Below, one piece after another: positions 1-13,800 of a stretch of 64,000 nucleotides of DNA. The stretch's first letter is position 1; every line of letters starts with the position of its first letter. The position numbers were made by a program, and so were the translations under genes. The notes beneath the pieces are model-generated. The model worked only from the letters and a program-made list of their open reading frames with translations. It was not told the origin of the DNA and searched no databases. The DNA is from Camelus dromedarius (taxonomy: Eukaryota): the NCBI RefSeq assembly GCF_036321535.1, contig NC_087436.1:97342001-97406000 (forward strand), in the 5' to 3' direction.

Positions 1-545
1 ATTCTTACCTTTGCAGTCCCAGAGATAACACTATCCTGAGGTTGATCCACATCTTTCCTAACAATAGTTCCCGTATTCTTACTTACATATCCATTCATAA
101 TAATATATAGTATCATATTACGTCTTAAATTTACTAAGTCCTAAAATACATATGTATCATTTTGTAACTTGATTTTTCATTTGACATTATAACTTCAAAA
201 TTAGTATGTATTAATGCATATAGCTCTAGTTCATTCATTTTAACTAACTACAGTTCCCCATATGTAAATGTATTCCAATTTATGTATTCAGTTGATGGAC
301 ATTAAATTGGTTTCTGACTTTTCCATTTATAGACAATTCTGTCATTTACATCCTTAAACTTGCTTTCCTGTACGCATGTGCAAGGTCTTCTTTAGACTAT
401 ATCTATGGGTGAAATTGCTAGTTGGGAAGATACATGTGTATTTGATTCTGATTGATATTGACAAACTTTTCTTGAAATCTATCAAACTTTTTACACCACC
501 AGCAGCACTCTACATATTTACACATATTCTTGCCATTCTCTATCC
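1..545 (-). mobile_element. Old LINE-1 (L1ME-like) 3' region fragment
   Basis: Antisense L1M 3' motifs: 'tagctctagttcattcattttaact', 'gttgatggacattaaattggtttc', 'gtgaaattgctagttgg', 'acaccaccagcagc'. Confidence 0.8.
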
Positions 546-569
546 ACATATTTGGATAGAGATTGAAAA

Positions 570-1056
570 CATGACAACAACAGTTTGAAGCTACTCCCTT
601 CAGGAAGTAGAGTCTATTTCCCACCCACTAAATTTGGGCTTGCCCTGTAATAGGATTTGACCAGCACAATATGGTGGAAATTACATTATGTGAGCTCCAA
701 AGCTTAAATCTCAAGAGATCTTGCAGATTCTGCCTTCCCCTATTTGGAACATATATAATATTATGTGATGAAAACTAGTCTGTGTTACTAGAGATAGACA
801 CAGCATATGAAGAAGAAAAGAGATACCACGGCCAACAGCCAGACATCTGAGTGAGGCCACCTTGGATCATCCAGCCCCTTGAAACCATCAGAAGACTGTA
901 ACTGCATGAGTGGTCCCAAGGAAGACTAAAAGAAGAACTGCCCAGCTGAGCCTAGCCCAAACTGCTCATCCAGTATTATGGGTAAAACAACTAATGGTTG
1001 TTGTTTTAAGCCACTGAGTTTGGAGATGGTTTGTTATACAGCAACAGATTACTCAA
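570..1056 (+). mobile_element. MaLR solo LTR (MLT1G/H-like), interrupting the L1ME fragment
   Basis: 'gaagtagagtctatttccc', 'gagtgaggccaccttggatcatccagccc', 'aactgcccagctgagcctagcccaaa', and the terminal 'ttttaagccactgagtttggagatggtttgttatacagcaacagat'. Confidence 0.85.
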
Positions 1057-1199
1057 TATCCTTGATGTTACCAGAATTTAATTTTGCTAACCCAATTGGG
1101 ATCTTTCTGTTAATATGGTATTTCTCATTTATCTAGCATCGTTTAATCTCCTTCACATCAGAAGAATGATTTCAGATATCAATCAATAGAATGTGATCA

Positions 1200-1440
1200 A
1201 TAGAGAATCCACCTAATTGTGGCTTACACAGAGGGAATAATTTTTCTTACATAACAAGAAATCTGGATCCAGGCCATTGCTGACACATTTTGTAAGTCAA
1301 TGTCATGTTCAGCATCTCTGTGATTCTCTTAACTTTCCCCTCGTGGTTGAATGTTTAATGTAGGAGTTTCACATAGCACATCTGCATGCATTGGAAGGCA
1401 AGAAGTCAGGGGTGGCATGGGATAGAACATTTTTCCTTAT
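1200..1440 (-). mobile_element. MLT1J/K-like LTR fragment
   Basis: 'tggcttacacagagggaataatttttcttacataacaagaaatctgga' matches the antisense end of an old MLT1. Confidence 0.5.
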
Positions 1441-2644
1441 GTACCATGGCCTTCCTAATTTTAATAGGAAAATCTTTCAAAGAAAGTGTATCCAGTTAAG
1501 GACTACACAACCCTTTGAGTTGATTCTTCTGATCCCTTAGGATCTGTGCATGTTGAAACATATGAATGGATGAGACTTATATTGTATATCTCAAATAATG
1601 CAGATTCAATGTGCTTTATAAACCGATTTTATAAAATTGTACAGGCTAGAATGACGATATGCAGGACAAATCAGAAAATATGTCATAACATATTAGTAGA
1701 ACAGACCCATTTATATGGATATTGATGAAATAAGGGCACACCCAACACCAAATAAAGACGAAAAAAATCATTACTATGAAGATATCAATGAAGAAAACTG
1801 GTTGGATGGGATATTTAAGATAATATGTTTAGCAATGAAGAAATGGCATGTTTTCTATTAAAGTAAGTGTATTTTAGTGACCTGAGGCCTAAGTTGTACC
1901 TGACAGAAGTGAAATGTTCTGAGGTCAAGAGACTAACACATTTTGCCTCTGCAAAATTTTACATCTACAAAAACAGCTTTCAAGTCAAAACCACAGCCTT
2001 TTCTAAAGAGGCTACATATCATAATTGACATTTTCTGAAGAAACATAGAAATTTCAATTCACACATTATAAAAATTCCTTTGTAATTAATTTAATAATGA
2101 TAAATAACTTGAAAATTCTATTCAGAGGCTACTTTGTTATCATTCCATCATACTTTAGATATTTTGCAATTATTGACACATTTAACACATTTTTTCTTTA
2201 AGTGGTGAGATAATAATTTATTACTATCACTTTTAATTTTAAAAATTACTTTCATTCCTATTAGTTAATTTAGGAAATACTATAAACCTACCATCATGGC
2301 TTTTATTTCTGTGAAGAGTAAAATGTAGGTCTCAAAAATTTCTTTCTTGTGTTTGAGATTTCCCTAATTCCACTAATGTGGTTCCATGGTAAAATAGTAT
2401 TGGGAACTCAATGCATAGGCCAGATTTCATGGCAGAGTTTGAGAATTCACAGAGCCCTAATGTCTTAAGGAGCACGTGAATCTACATGTAATTTTACTTT
2501 TGCAAACTTACATTATTTTACAAATTACTGATCTAGGTATTTTACCAAACTTTTGTGTTATTCTTAATGAACAGATGGTACAGACATTTCTCTGTAAGAC
2601 TTGAAGGACCTTTGATGGAAACAGAGTCTGTAAGGTGGATGAAC

Positions 2645-2900
2645 AAGGCATCCACCAAGGCAGGAACTAAACTCAAAATCTCAGGGGCATTAAAGAGCAA
2701 AGGTTTATTTCTCATTCACAGCATGTGTCCATCATAGATTGGCTAAGGGCTCTGTTCTGAGCATTCTCCACTTGGGGCCACTCTCCCTTGGACAGTTCTG
2801 ATCAAGACACTTCTACTCACAGTGTACCGGGCAGAGCTTGTCAAATGTCTCCACCCAAACACAAGAGGTCCAGGAAATGCTATGTGAGAAATATTTGGGG
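2645..2900 (-). mobile_element. MLT1K/L-like LTR fragment
   Basis: 'aaaatctcaggggcattaaagagcaaaggtttatttctcattcacagcatgtgtccatcatag'. Confidence 0.5.
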
Positions 2901-3919
2901 AACAGAATTAAATTATTCTCAGAGACTGAGGGGCAAGGCCACTAGTCTATACAAAAGGTTGAGTTTGTTTGATAGGTAAGAACATGTATTATGTCATTCA
3001 CTTTAAATGAAGCCTTAGGTCTCACATGAATACGATGAGGGACCATTAGAATAGCATTCAGGCTCAAAACTCTTGTCTTTGATACCCTGCCTTAGAGACT
3101 GGTGTTTGAGTATGAATCACAGTGTCATTTCACATATGGAGGTAAGACTGGGACAGGGCAATAAAGTACTTGCACAAATCCAGAAATGTTGTATAACCAA
3201 TCAATTGATGACTCAATTGTCATGTGGAATTGGTCAAGGTCACTCAGGAGAGCATGCTAACTAATGGTAGGATAAGGACACTGTCCAGAATGAGCAGGCT
3301 GTTTCTTCTGTGTCTACCCTTTTCTTCATTTCCTTTTTATGATTACACATGTATGTAATATATGTGTTTATTATGTATTAAGTATAATTTTTCTGAAAGT
3401 GCTCACCCATTTCAGGTGTTATATGTAATATACAATATATAATATATACCGATATTTAACATAATATATAATAGGTTATATTTAACATGTTTATATATAT
3501 ATATATATATGTAGAAGTAATTTTTAAATCTAAAAATTCTTCTCCAGCAAAGGAAAAAGCATCTACATTTGGACCAAAGGGTGACAAGAGAAATCTTGAA
3601 GACAGTACACTCTTGAGGATCAGTGTGATGGTGGCAGCAAAATTAACAGAAGAAAAAAAAATCTCAAAGGGAAGATAGACAAGTATTGTGAGAGAGTCTG
3701 TGCTATTTAGAAACTGTCCATCCATGGTCCAAAAAAAAAAAAAATGGAGCTCCTTATTCTATTTCAACAAGGGTGAGGAAATTTCCTGTACAGAATTGCC
3801 CCTAAGGATTTCCTTTATTTATTCCCTTGCATCCATCAGAACAGCATTTAGAGTTCTCAGACAGATAAGAATCTACCAATTTTTAGATATCCTTTTAAAA
3901 AACTCTTTAATACAACTTT

Positions 3920-4045
3920 TACACAATTTTTAAATGTTACTCTCCATTGACAGTTATTACAAAATATTGGCTTTGTTCCCCATGTGGTACAATACATCCC
4001 TGCAGCCTTCCACCAATAGTTTTTACCCCTTACTCCCCCACCCCA
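3920..4045 (-). mobile_element. Short L1 3'UTR fragment (artiodactyl-type)
   Basis: 'gttattacaaaatattggctttgttccccatgtggtacaatacatcc...actcccccacccc'. Confidence 0.7.
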
Positions 4046-4359
4046 AAATTTAAGACATTCTTTTTCAAGGTTTTGATTCCTTGTAAGTGAACTTACAATT
4101 GGAGTCTATGGTATCTTTATTTATTACTTTCAATGTCAAAGTTTCTATTAAATGAAGTGATGAATATTTTCTATCAGTCTGTGTTTATGTGAACACACAA
4201 ATTATTATTTTTAATATTCCAATACTGCTATTTTTGCTCATTTAGAAAGCATAATATATTTATGATTGATGACACTTAATTTCATTGAGATTCAACTGCC
4301 CATTGAAAATGTCCTTTTATCAACATATTGAAACAGCTATGCAGATAGGTAGTGTGTCT

Positions 4360-4505
4360 ATATTAACCACATGACCTTAGGTTAATTTCTTAACCTCATT
4401 TCTTACCTGTAAAATTGCATAATAATCCCATCAACCCATGAGTCAGTGTCCTTTAAGTGTTTAAGACAGTAGTAACACTCAATTAGCACTCACTAAACAC
4501 TCATT
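4360..4505 (+). mobile_element. MIR SINE
   Basis: 'atgaccttaggttaatttcttaacctcatttcttacctgtaaaattg' core and 'agcactcactaaac' tail. Confidence 0.7.
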
Positions 4506-6629
4506 ATAATGAAAATGATTACATTTAATATATTAGTATTATAATTATTAAAGACACTAGTTCTTAAAGTCAAGAGATTGCAAACTTCCTTCTAAATAGT
4601 CCAGTTTTCTGTTAGGGTGGTTTAAAAATTATTTTGTAAGAAACCAGTAGCCCTGTAGGAAGTATTAACCTGATTTCCCTCTCAGAGGAGTGGTAAACTG
4701 TATCATTTATAGGGGAAATTATAAATCCTCTTTGTATTTTTATAAATCCTTCAAACCATGATATGCAAATCATGAAAACATAATTAAAACAGAACTACTT
4801 AAATGACAAGCTGAGAAAGTTTAAGATATTCTAGAGAAAGATGCAACTCTAATTTATAGGTTCTATTAAAGAAACAGTGAAAGATGCCAACCATTTTGTT
4901 TATCAAATGTTAGGTTTAATATTCATTAGATGTTAAAAATTATCCATACAGAACATCTTAAAACTGCTTTGAAACAAAATGAAAGAATAAAATCTATATA
5001 TTGGTGACATTTGGGTTTTTTCCATAAAACTTTATATCTTCAGAACTTATAAAATGTTGCTGGACACTTGCAAATTTTTCTACAGATGTTGACTTAGGAA
5101 AAAAATCTCTACATACCAAGTGGTAAAAATATATAGGATAAAACAATCCGTTACAGAAATTACTTTTCTTTTATAAAGCATATCTTTTCAATTAGATTTT
5201 GTGGTGCAGGATTTAGGTTAATACAGAAGATAAGTTAAAGTCCGCATGTAAATAAGAATATTTTATGAAGAAACCAGTAAGTAAAGACTTATCTTTTCTT
5301 CTTACCCATTTTGACAAAATGCTAAATTAAAAAACTGAAGAAGATATGTCTTATCGGAACTATAATTATATAAAGTAGCTATGATAGTCTTCCTCCAAAA
5401 ATTATGGGTAGATATCACTTAAAAAAATACATGACAAGTAAATCATTGGAAAAAAGGAGGTTTCTTGTGTTAACGTACATTTGTCAAAAGAAATGATCTC
5501 TTTCAGATCTTGCTCTTTGAGTGCTCAGAAGTGACAAGCATTTGTTACATATGCTCAGCTGACAATGAGGCTGTGTCTCACGAAAGATAAATGAAAAAAA
5601 ATTGGATTAACTTAGTTATAAAGAGATTTACATTTTGCCGTTTCTAACATGTCTTTTGGAGATTGATGAATAAGAAATGAGATAAGAAAGCCCTTCAGAA
5701 GCGACTATTGCTGAATATGGTAGAAAAATTGTTCTTGCTGGAAGATGAATCAAATTTCTGTCAGGGAAAGCCAAGGAAAATGCTCTTGTGTTATCAACTA
5801 ATCTTACCCGGGAGGGAATATTATGTGAGATGTATGGTCCTGCTTTCTCTCTCTGTCTCAGAAGCCAGGTGGTTGTGCACTACAGCAATGTAAAGAGATT
5901 TCCATACCTTCACTTTATTTATTTACTAGCTTAGCCATGAGTCTAAAACAAATATTGTCTGATCTTGCCTGTCCAATAAGGTTCTTCTGGAAGGTTTTCA
6001 CCCTTTAAAATTGGTTATTAAATCTTCTATAACAGCAATAAAATTCAGTTTACTGAAGTTACTTACCTTGCTCTATTTTTTTCTGATTAAAATATATACC
6101 GGTGAGCAAAAGAAAACAAAGTATGTGTTTTGTTATTTTACCTGATTACAAGCTTTTAAGTACATGCTCGTCTGCCAACCAGTATCTTAAATTTCTTTTT
6201 TCTCAGTAACATTATATTCAGCATATATAACACAAAATCACAAAACTGTAATTCTGTATAATTCTAATACTATATGGGGATTTCACTAATGTTTTGCCAA
6301 GCACAACAGTTGCAATAAAAATCAGCTTAGTGTGAAAACTCATTCCAAGAAAAACATTTGAGTTGCCTAGAATTAAGTATTCTGGAATGAACGAGCGTGA
6401 GAAAGCAAGCCCCTGTTTCAGACGCCTAGGATATTTCTCAGTCCTCATAAGAGCTATTTAACTTAGTCCTTCGGTGTCCTGAAATAAAACTCTCGGAAAA
6501 ATTTGGAAGACCTTTGGATACTTGTAATAGCTGATCCAATAGTGGTATTTCAAGAGGGAAAAAAGGAGAAAATGCATGATTCAAGCACCTTTTACTGTCA
6601 AAATCGATACAATTGATTGCAGTTAGGTC

Positions 6630-7100
6630 ACCTCATTTTTGATGAGTAGCCTGAAGTGGTACCCTGCTGTACCTTGGATAGAGCCCGAGGTCCTTACAAG
6701 GTTTTCTACCCTGCCACGTCCTTCCATTGGCCTTCCACTGGGTCCTCATTGTGAAGCCCTCTCCCTGACCCCTACTCCGTCCTCTTGGGGTCACACTGGG
6801 CCTCCTTCCGTTCCTCTGGTGTGCTGAATTCCTGTCTTTTGCTTTGCACTAGCTGTTGCCCTGTTGGAATATCTGCCTTGAGATTCTTTACCTGGCTGTA
6901 AAGCGTTACCTCTCCAGCAATTCCTTCCTTAGCTGGTGTTTTTCGAAATGCACGTGTGAACTACCTGTTGCGTCCATACTTGTTTATGCTCATCTCCTAC
7001 TTTTGTAACATAGGTCTTCTAATAGCAGGGCCCTTGTCTACATCACCCATGGCTCAGTATATTGTTTGTGCTCACAAAACATCTGTTTAATGAATAAATA
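6630..7100 (+). mobile_element. L2 LINE 3' end
   Basis: 'gctttgcactagctgttgccctgttggaat', 'gcagggcccttgtct', and the terminal 'gctcacaaaacatctgtttaatgaataaat'. Confidence 0.75.
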
Positions 7101-9173
7101 TAATCTCCAAATTATCAGAGATAGCTGTCTTTACAGTATATGGTTTGCAGGTAGAACCTCACTGCGTCTCTTTTTTAATAAGTTTAGTCTATGGATGAAA
7201 TTATTGAAATTTCTCAGTTATGACTCAATATGGAACTATATTCAAGTCTTTGCATATTGCTGGGATAAACATTGTTTGACTACTTTAAGTGGTAGTGGAA
7301 TAGAATCACAGTTTACTGTCTTCTGATTTAAACTTTGAGTCCATTCAGTATGTTCTGTGTGTTTCAGGTTCTGCTTTTCTTTCTTGAGTTTCTCTTACAT
7401 GGTAGCTATTGGCTGAAGTAAGTCCATACATTTCAGTTCTGCCCAGTAGTTAATATCATTTCCATTTCACAAATGAAGAAATGAAATCTCAGTCCACAAA
7501 AATCAAATGCAGGTCTCCTGATTTCAGTGTCAGTCTCTTTCCACAAGATCACTCATTATTTCTTAAAATTAAGGCACAATAAACATCAAACATGTTTTCT
7601 GTATACTCTTATGACAATGAATGTGACAATAATGTTCTGGAAAATTTAAAATCATTGGTATAAACTAAAATGTATACTCAGGCACATACTTCCTAAAGTT
7701 AAAAATCAAGGTAAAAGGACAATATTAAGTTAAATATTATTATAGTTTAGCCAAATAGGAAATTTTAGTTTTCAATCAGGAGGCAAGAAGCAAACTTACT
7801 CACTGGAAATAGAGTTAGAATGAGGAGAAAAGTAAAAACAAAACAACAACAAAAATCTAACCAACAACAAAGAAAAGGAAAACCAGCTTTTATTTTTGGA
7901 TCTGAAGTCAATGTTCCGATGCTAAGTGCATGATTATATTTATGTAGCTTATTTTCTTCATTTGTGAGGTAAAGAATTATCCATTTTTCAGTAATCATTT
8001 AGTCTCGCTAAAGGGAAAGTTTGAAGGAACATGAAATTTACTTTAATAAAGGCAGAAGCATGATTCAGGTGGAATGGCAAGTACAGAGAAGCAAAGGGAT
8101 GCATTACCTTAAAGCCTGCAGCCTCCCTTAGTGAACGTCGGGGTTCACACCTTGGAAACTGTGCAGTGTCCACTGCAAGTGAATGTTTAATCAAATCTCA
8201 TTTTGTTTTAGATGTGGAAAACCTTAGAATTAGGAATATTTTAATGCCAAGCTCCTTTCCTTTCTCCTGGTGTTTCTTATGTGCTTATGTTGAATTCAAT
8301 TCTTTTATATTAAATAATAAAAGAAGTTAGTAAATCCTTAAACAATGTGAGTCAAGGAGTAAAGAGTGGGGTAACATGGCTGAGACCCAGTCATATACTA
8401 TTTATATTCTAAAGCTGAATGTCTGAGCATGAATTTTCCTTTGTTTCAGGGAGATAGCTGATGGGGACTCAGATGCTTCTCTTAAAACTATTTATGGTCA
8501 GAGCAACCATGTTGATATGATTTCTCATATACTTTCCCCGCATTGCACTGTCACCTATGACTTCTTTCCTACTCATACTTCTTTACATTGTTTTCCTTAA
8601 TAGAGTGACTTCTCCCTTGAGAAAAACTTTTAAAACCATATAAATGAGCACTTCAAGGGGCAAATATTGACACAACTGTGTTTGATAGGACTCCACAAAA
8701 ACTATGACTCAACAGTCTCTCTACAGTTGGCATCATCATTATAGAAAAGGTCTCTCTCCCCATTATTCAGAAGTTTCAGTTGTAGCCCCCAATACTTAAA
8801 GCACAGAAAATAAAATAATGGTTTCCATGGAATGAATATAATTAAATGTAATTGGAATCGGTCAGATTATAAATGTATAGTTTAAAGTGATTTGCTTATG
8901 GAAATGAGATGCTTTATTTGTCAACAAGCAAACTCAGTATTTCCAAGTTGGCCATTTCATTTTATATTTTAGCATATGACAAAGAAAGAGTTTACGTATC
9001 CAGAAAGGTAATATTAAAGAACACAAATATGAAAGTAGATATGAAAAATAAGTTAGAAAGATTCAATCTAGCATTGGATGTATTTTTTATATATATTATA
9101 ATTAAATATAAGCTTATTTAGATCACTTAAGGCTCTATTTTTCCTGTTTCATACTAGTCATGTTACCTTTGAG

Positions 9174-9359
9174 CAGTGGTTCTCACATTGCGTGTGCACG
9201 AGAATCACCAGAAGAGCTTGTTACCACATGGATCTCTGGGGCCCATCTCAAGAGTTTCTAAATTTCTAGGTCTGGGTGAAGGCTCGAGAATTGCCTATCT
9301 AACAAGTTCTCTGGATATGCTGCTGATGCTGGTCCAGGGACCACAGTTTGAGCAACTCT
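9174..9359. mobile_element. MER5A (hAT-Charlie MITE) inserted into a MIR
   Basis: TIR 'cagtggttctcaca...tttgagcaactct'; internal 'gagaatcacc', 'aggtctggg', 'tctaacaagttctc', 'gctgatgctggtccagggaccaca'; MIR halves on both sides. Confidence 0.9.
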
Positions 9360-10889
9360 TCTGGTATCAACTATTTAAGTTCTTGTTCTTCATTTATTCC
9401 ATCTGTGAAATAATGGTATTCTATCTAAATGGCCATTCAACGAACGTGTATTAAGACTTACATGTGTTCAGTGCTTCCTAGTCATGGTCCCTGCCATTGT
9501 GAAAATCACGGAGAAGAAAGTGGGTGATTCTGCCTGTGGTAGAAGAGTCTGGGAACACTTGAGAGAGGAGATGAATTAAAAGTCAATAAAGCTTGTTGCA
9601 AAAAATTAAAACATACAAAAATATACACATTTGGGAAAATATTACCCCGTCCTCCATCCTCACCCCCGTTCCACCTAATTCCCACTTCATAGACATAGTG
9701 ATGTTAGTAACTGATGTGAAATCTGCCAAAATGTTTCCAAGTTATCCAACCCTCTGGAGTGATTCATTATATATTCATGCACAATAGGGCAAATATGTCC
9801 TAGGACCCTCTAGTATATAGGGAATGCTTTACTTTTATCTCAACTCCAAATTCCTGGTACGGATTCCATCATTCTCCTCACTCTTAGTTCCTAGTCCCTC
9901 GGCTGCTGTCCCCTTTGCCCTTCATTGCTTAACCCACAGACACCTTTATACCTTCCTTCTCCTTCCCTTCAATGAAAAGTAATGGTTTGCTGTCTAGATA
10001 AGAGAAAAATTAAGAACACAAACTGTTGGAGGTTCATTCTTAATTTTATCTAATTCAAATCTCTGGGTATTTTGTTTTGTTTTGACTGAGGAAAATAGGG
10101 GTCAGAATTTTCAAGTGACTTGTGATGGGTTAAAGTTGAAAATTGCAGGAAAAATGTAGGATTACACTGATATTATAAAGCAGCAGTTCTTAACTGTTGG
10201 AGTGTCCTCTTCTGCTGAACTATAGTCTCTCCTCAAAGTAATGCATGTGTGTAGATAGATATACAGATTTGAAAGCTCCCTAAAAATACTGCTTATCAAG
10301 GCTATTTCTAACTATGTATACTAGTAGTATACTATACAGATAATTAGGCATTGAAACATCATAGAAATAATTATAACCTGCAGCTAAGGTGTTTCATCAC
10401 ATGGTGAAAGAAAAAAAATCACCTTGAATTTTGCAAGGCTTTTTTTTTTTTTTTTTTGGTTATAAAAATATACCATTTCTAATACCTGCACATAATGTAA
10501 TGAGAAGACTGCTATGCTTTGGGGTAAGTCTCCACAGATTCAAATGCTTCAAAAAGGTTTAGGACTGTCTGGATTCAATTTTATGCTCTAAAATCCAATC
10601 TCTTCAGAATATTTCCCCTATCATGAGATTGACCTCTCAAAGTTGCTGTTAGCCTGAAAGAATCTATAGAGATTTTTACAAAAATGGACTTCACTTTGGC
10701 TAGCACACCGACATTCCTTTTAGGGAGTCAGACCTATAAATTATTGTCTTTGCCAAAAATACATATGTTTTTGTTTCTGATTTTTTTTTATCATTTGTGT
10801 AAAAAGAGTTCACTTATGAAAATAAAAAGGCTTGTTTACCCTAAGGCTTAATTTCTCCTCATACTACATTTTATTACACGTTTAGAACA

Positions 10890-13800
10890 TCTTTATTGAG
10901 ATAAAATGTACATGCCATAAAATTCACCAAAGGGTACAATTTAATGGATTTTAGTATATTCAGAATTGTGCGATCATCAACACAATCTAATTTTAAAACA
11001 TTTTCGTCACTCGAAGAAGAGATCTCATACTCGTTAGCTGTCACTCTCTATTGTGATTCTCCCTCTCTCCCTTCCTCCCCGGTCATAAGCAAGCACTAAT
11101 CCACCACCTGTCCCTACAGATATTCCTGTTGTGGACATTTAATATAATTGCAAACATACAGTATGTGACTGGCTTGTTTCATTTAGCAGAGTGTTTCCAA
11201 GTTTCATCAACATTGTAGCATATATAAATACATCATTCCTTTTATTGCAGGTAATATTTTTTTACCCATTCATCAGTTCATGGACATTTGACTTTTTGGT
11301 GTTGAAAATAATCCTGTTTTGAACATTTGTATACAGGTTTTTGCATGAAAGTGTTTTTATTTCTCTTGTGTATGTACCTAAAATTAGAATTGTTGGATCA
11401 TATAATAACTCTATGTTTAGGCTTTATAGGAACTGCCAAACTGTTTTCCAAAGTGTCTGCACAATTTTGCATTCCCATAAGAAATGTATAAAGGTTCCAG
11501 TTATTCACATACTCACCAACACTTGTTATTGTGTGTCTTTTTGCTTATGGCCACTCTATGTGTGAAGTGGTATCTCATTCCAGTTTTGTTTTTTTTAAGT
11601 TTATCTGAATTTCCTCATTCCTAAACTTCCAGCTGGGATTGCATAGGAGGGAGGCTGAGGCAGAAAATACGAGCATCTCAAGCACACCCAGTCACTCTGA
11701 CCAAGTTAGTCTGTTTCCTCATTGACAATCAAGGGAAGTGGACCACATGGTCTCTGAGGCTGCATTGTGTACTGCCAGCTGCCAGCTGTCACTGCGGTTT
11801 TGATCTGCATTTCCTTAATTTGTTTATTGGTCACTTGCATATCTTCTTCGGAGAAATCTTTATTCAGATATTTTGCCCATTTTCTATTTGGGTTGTCTTT
11901 TTATTTTTAATTCATTATAGTTCTTTATACAGTTTGCATACAAGTCCTTTATTACATACATGATTTATAAATGTTTTCTCTCATTCTGTAGGTTGTCTTT
12001 TCACTTTACTGATGGTATCATTTGCAGCACAATATTTTTTAGTTTTGATGCAGTCAGATTTACTTATTTTTTATTTCTTGTGATTTGATGTCATATATAA
12101 GACACCATGGCCTAATCCAGCATCATGAAAAATCATTAATGTGTTTTTATCTAAGAGTTCACTAGTTATAGCTCTTACCATTAGTTTTATGATTCATTTT
12201 GAGTTAATAGTTTAGTGTTTTTTATTGTGTCAGATAGAAGTCAACTTTATTTCATGTGGATATACACTCATCTCGGCAACATTTGTTGAAAACACATCTT
12301 TTCCCATTGAATTGTCTTGGCGCCATTAATGTATGGGTTTATTTCTAGACTCTCAGCTCTATTCTATTGATCTATGTTTTAATTCTTATATAAGTACCAT
12401 GCTGTATTAATTACTGTAGTTGTGAGGCAAGTTTTAAAATTATAAAATGTTAGTTCTTCAACTTGATTTTTCTTTTTCAAGATTTTCTTTGTTTTTTTGC
12501 TATTATAGGTTTTCTACATCTCTATATGAATTTTGGTATCACCTTGTCAGTTTCTGGGAAAAAGGTAATTGCTAATTTGATAGGGATTGTGTTGAGTCTG
12601 TAAATTAATTTGTAGAGTATTGTCATCTTAACAATGTGTGGCAAGTTTTTACTTACTAATCAATCTTTACTTGTTATAGTCTATTCTTTTTCTGTTTCTT
12701 CTTCATTCAGTTTTGGTAGTTTGAGTATTTACAAGAGTTTTTTCATTTTATTAGGTTATCTAATTTATTGGCATACTTTTTTTTTATAGTATTCCCTTTT
12801 TATTCCTTTAAGTTCAGTAGTAATGTTATCTATGTTATTCTTGATTTTAATAATTTGAGTCATCTCTTTCTTTTTTTATGGCCAGAGCAGTTAAATGTTT
12901 GTCATTCTATTGATTTTTCAAAGAACAAACTTTGTCTTTGATGTTTTTTCTATTTATTTTCACTCCTTTATTTTATGTATTTCCCCTCTGATCTTTATTT
13001 CCTTTCTTCTACTTTCTTTGGATTTAACTTACTCTTCTTTTCCTAGTTTCTTAAGGTAGAAGGTCAGGTTATTGAATTGAGTTCATTCTTCTTTTTTAAT
13101 GTAGGCATTTGCAGCTACAAATATCTCCCTGTGTAGTTACAGTCCATAAAACTTTATATGTTGTGTTTTCATTTTCATTCATCTCAAGGTATTTCTGAAT
13201 TTCACTTGTGATTTCTTCTTTGATCTATTATTTAGGGGTAGTGTGTTGCTTAATTTCCAAATATTTGTGCATTTCAAAACTTCCTTTTGGTATTGATTTA
13301 TAATTTAATGCAGTTGTGGTTGGAGAACATACATTGCATGATTTCAATACAATAAGCTTCATTATTGAGGCTTGTTTTATGTCCTAAAGTATTGTCTATC
13401 CTGAGACTGTTCCATGGACAGTGGAGAAGAAACTTCATTTTGCTGTTTTTGGGTGAAGTATTGTATAGATACTGGCTATGTATAGGTAGTTTGCAATATT
13501 ATACAGGTCTTCTATTTTCTTGTTAATCTTCTGCATAACTTCTTTATCTATTGCAAGTGGAGTGTTGAAATCTTTAACTATTTTGAATTATTCTTCCTTC
13601 AATTCTGTCAGTTTTTGCTTCATGTATTTCGGTGCTCTGGTGCCCATTTAAATGCATACGTGTTTGTGATTATTATATATTCCTGACGAATGGACCCTCT
13701 ATTCATTATGGAATGCCACTCTTTTTCTCTTCACAGCATTTTTGTTTTAAAGCTTAGTTTTCTGTATAGCCATCCCTGTTCTGGTATGGTTGCTATTTGC

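Larger units (their letters stand above)
1541..8814 (+). pseudogene. Possible decayed plus-strand multi-exon gene (exon remnants 1541-1862, 2575-2629, 3548-3772, 5507-5831, 6207-6621, 7992-8178, 8450-8814); identity unknown
   Basis: Each segment starts after a YAG acceptor, most with a pyrimidine tract, and most end at GT (e.g. ttcttctgatcccttag|...|gtaagt at 1541-1862). The sense strand is A/G-rich with fragmentary protein-like translations. Many stops are present, and AATAAA lies at 8809-8814. Confidence 0.3.
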
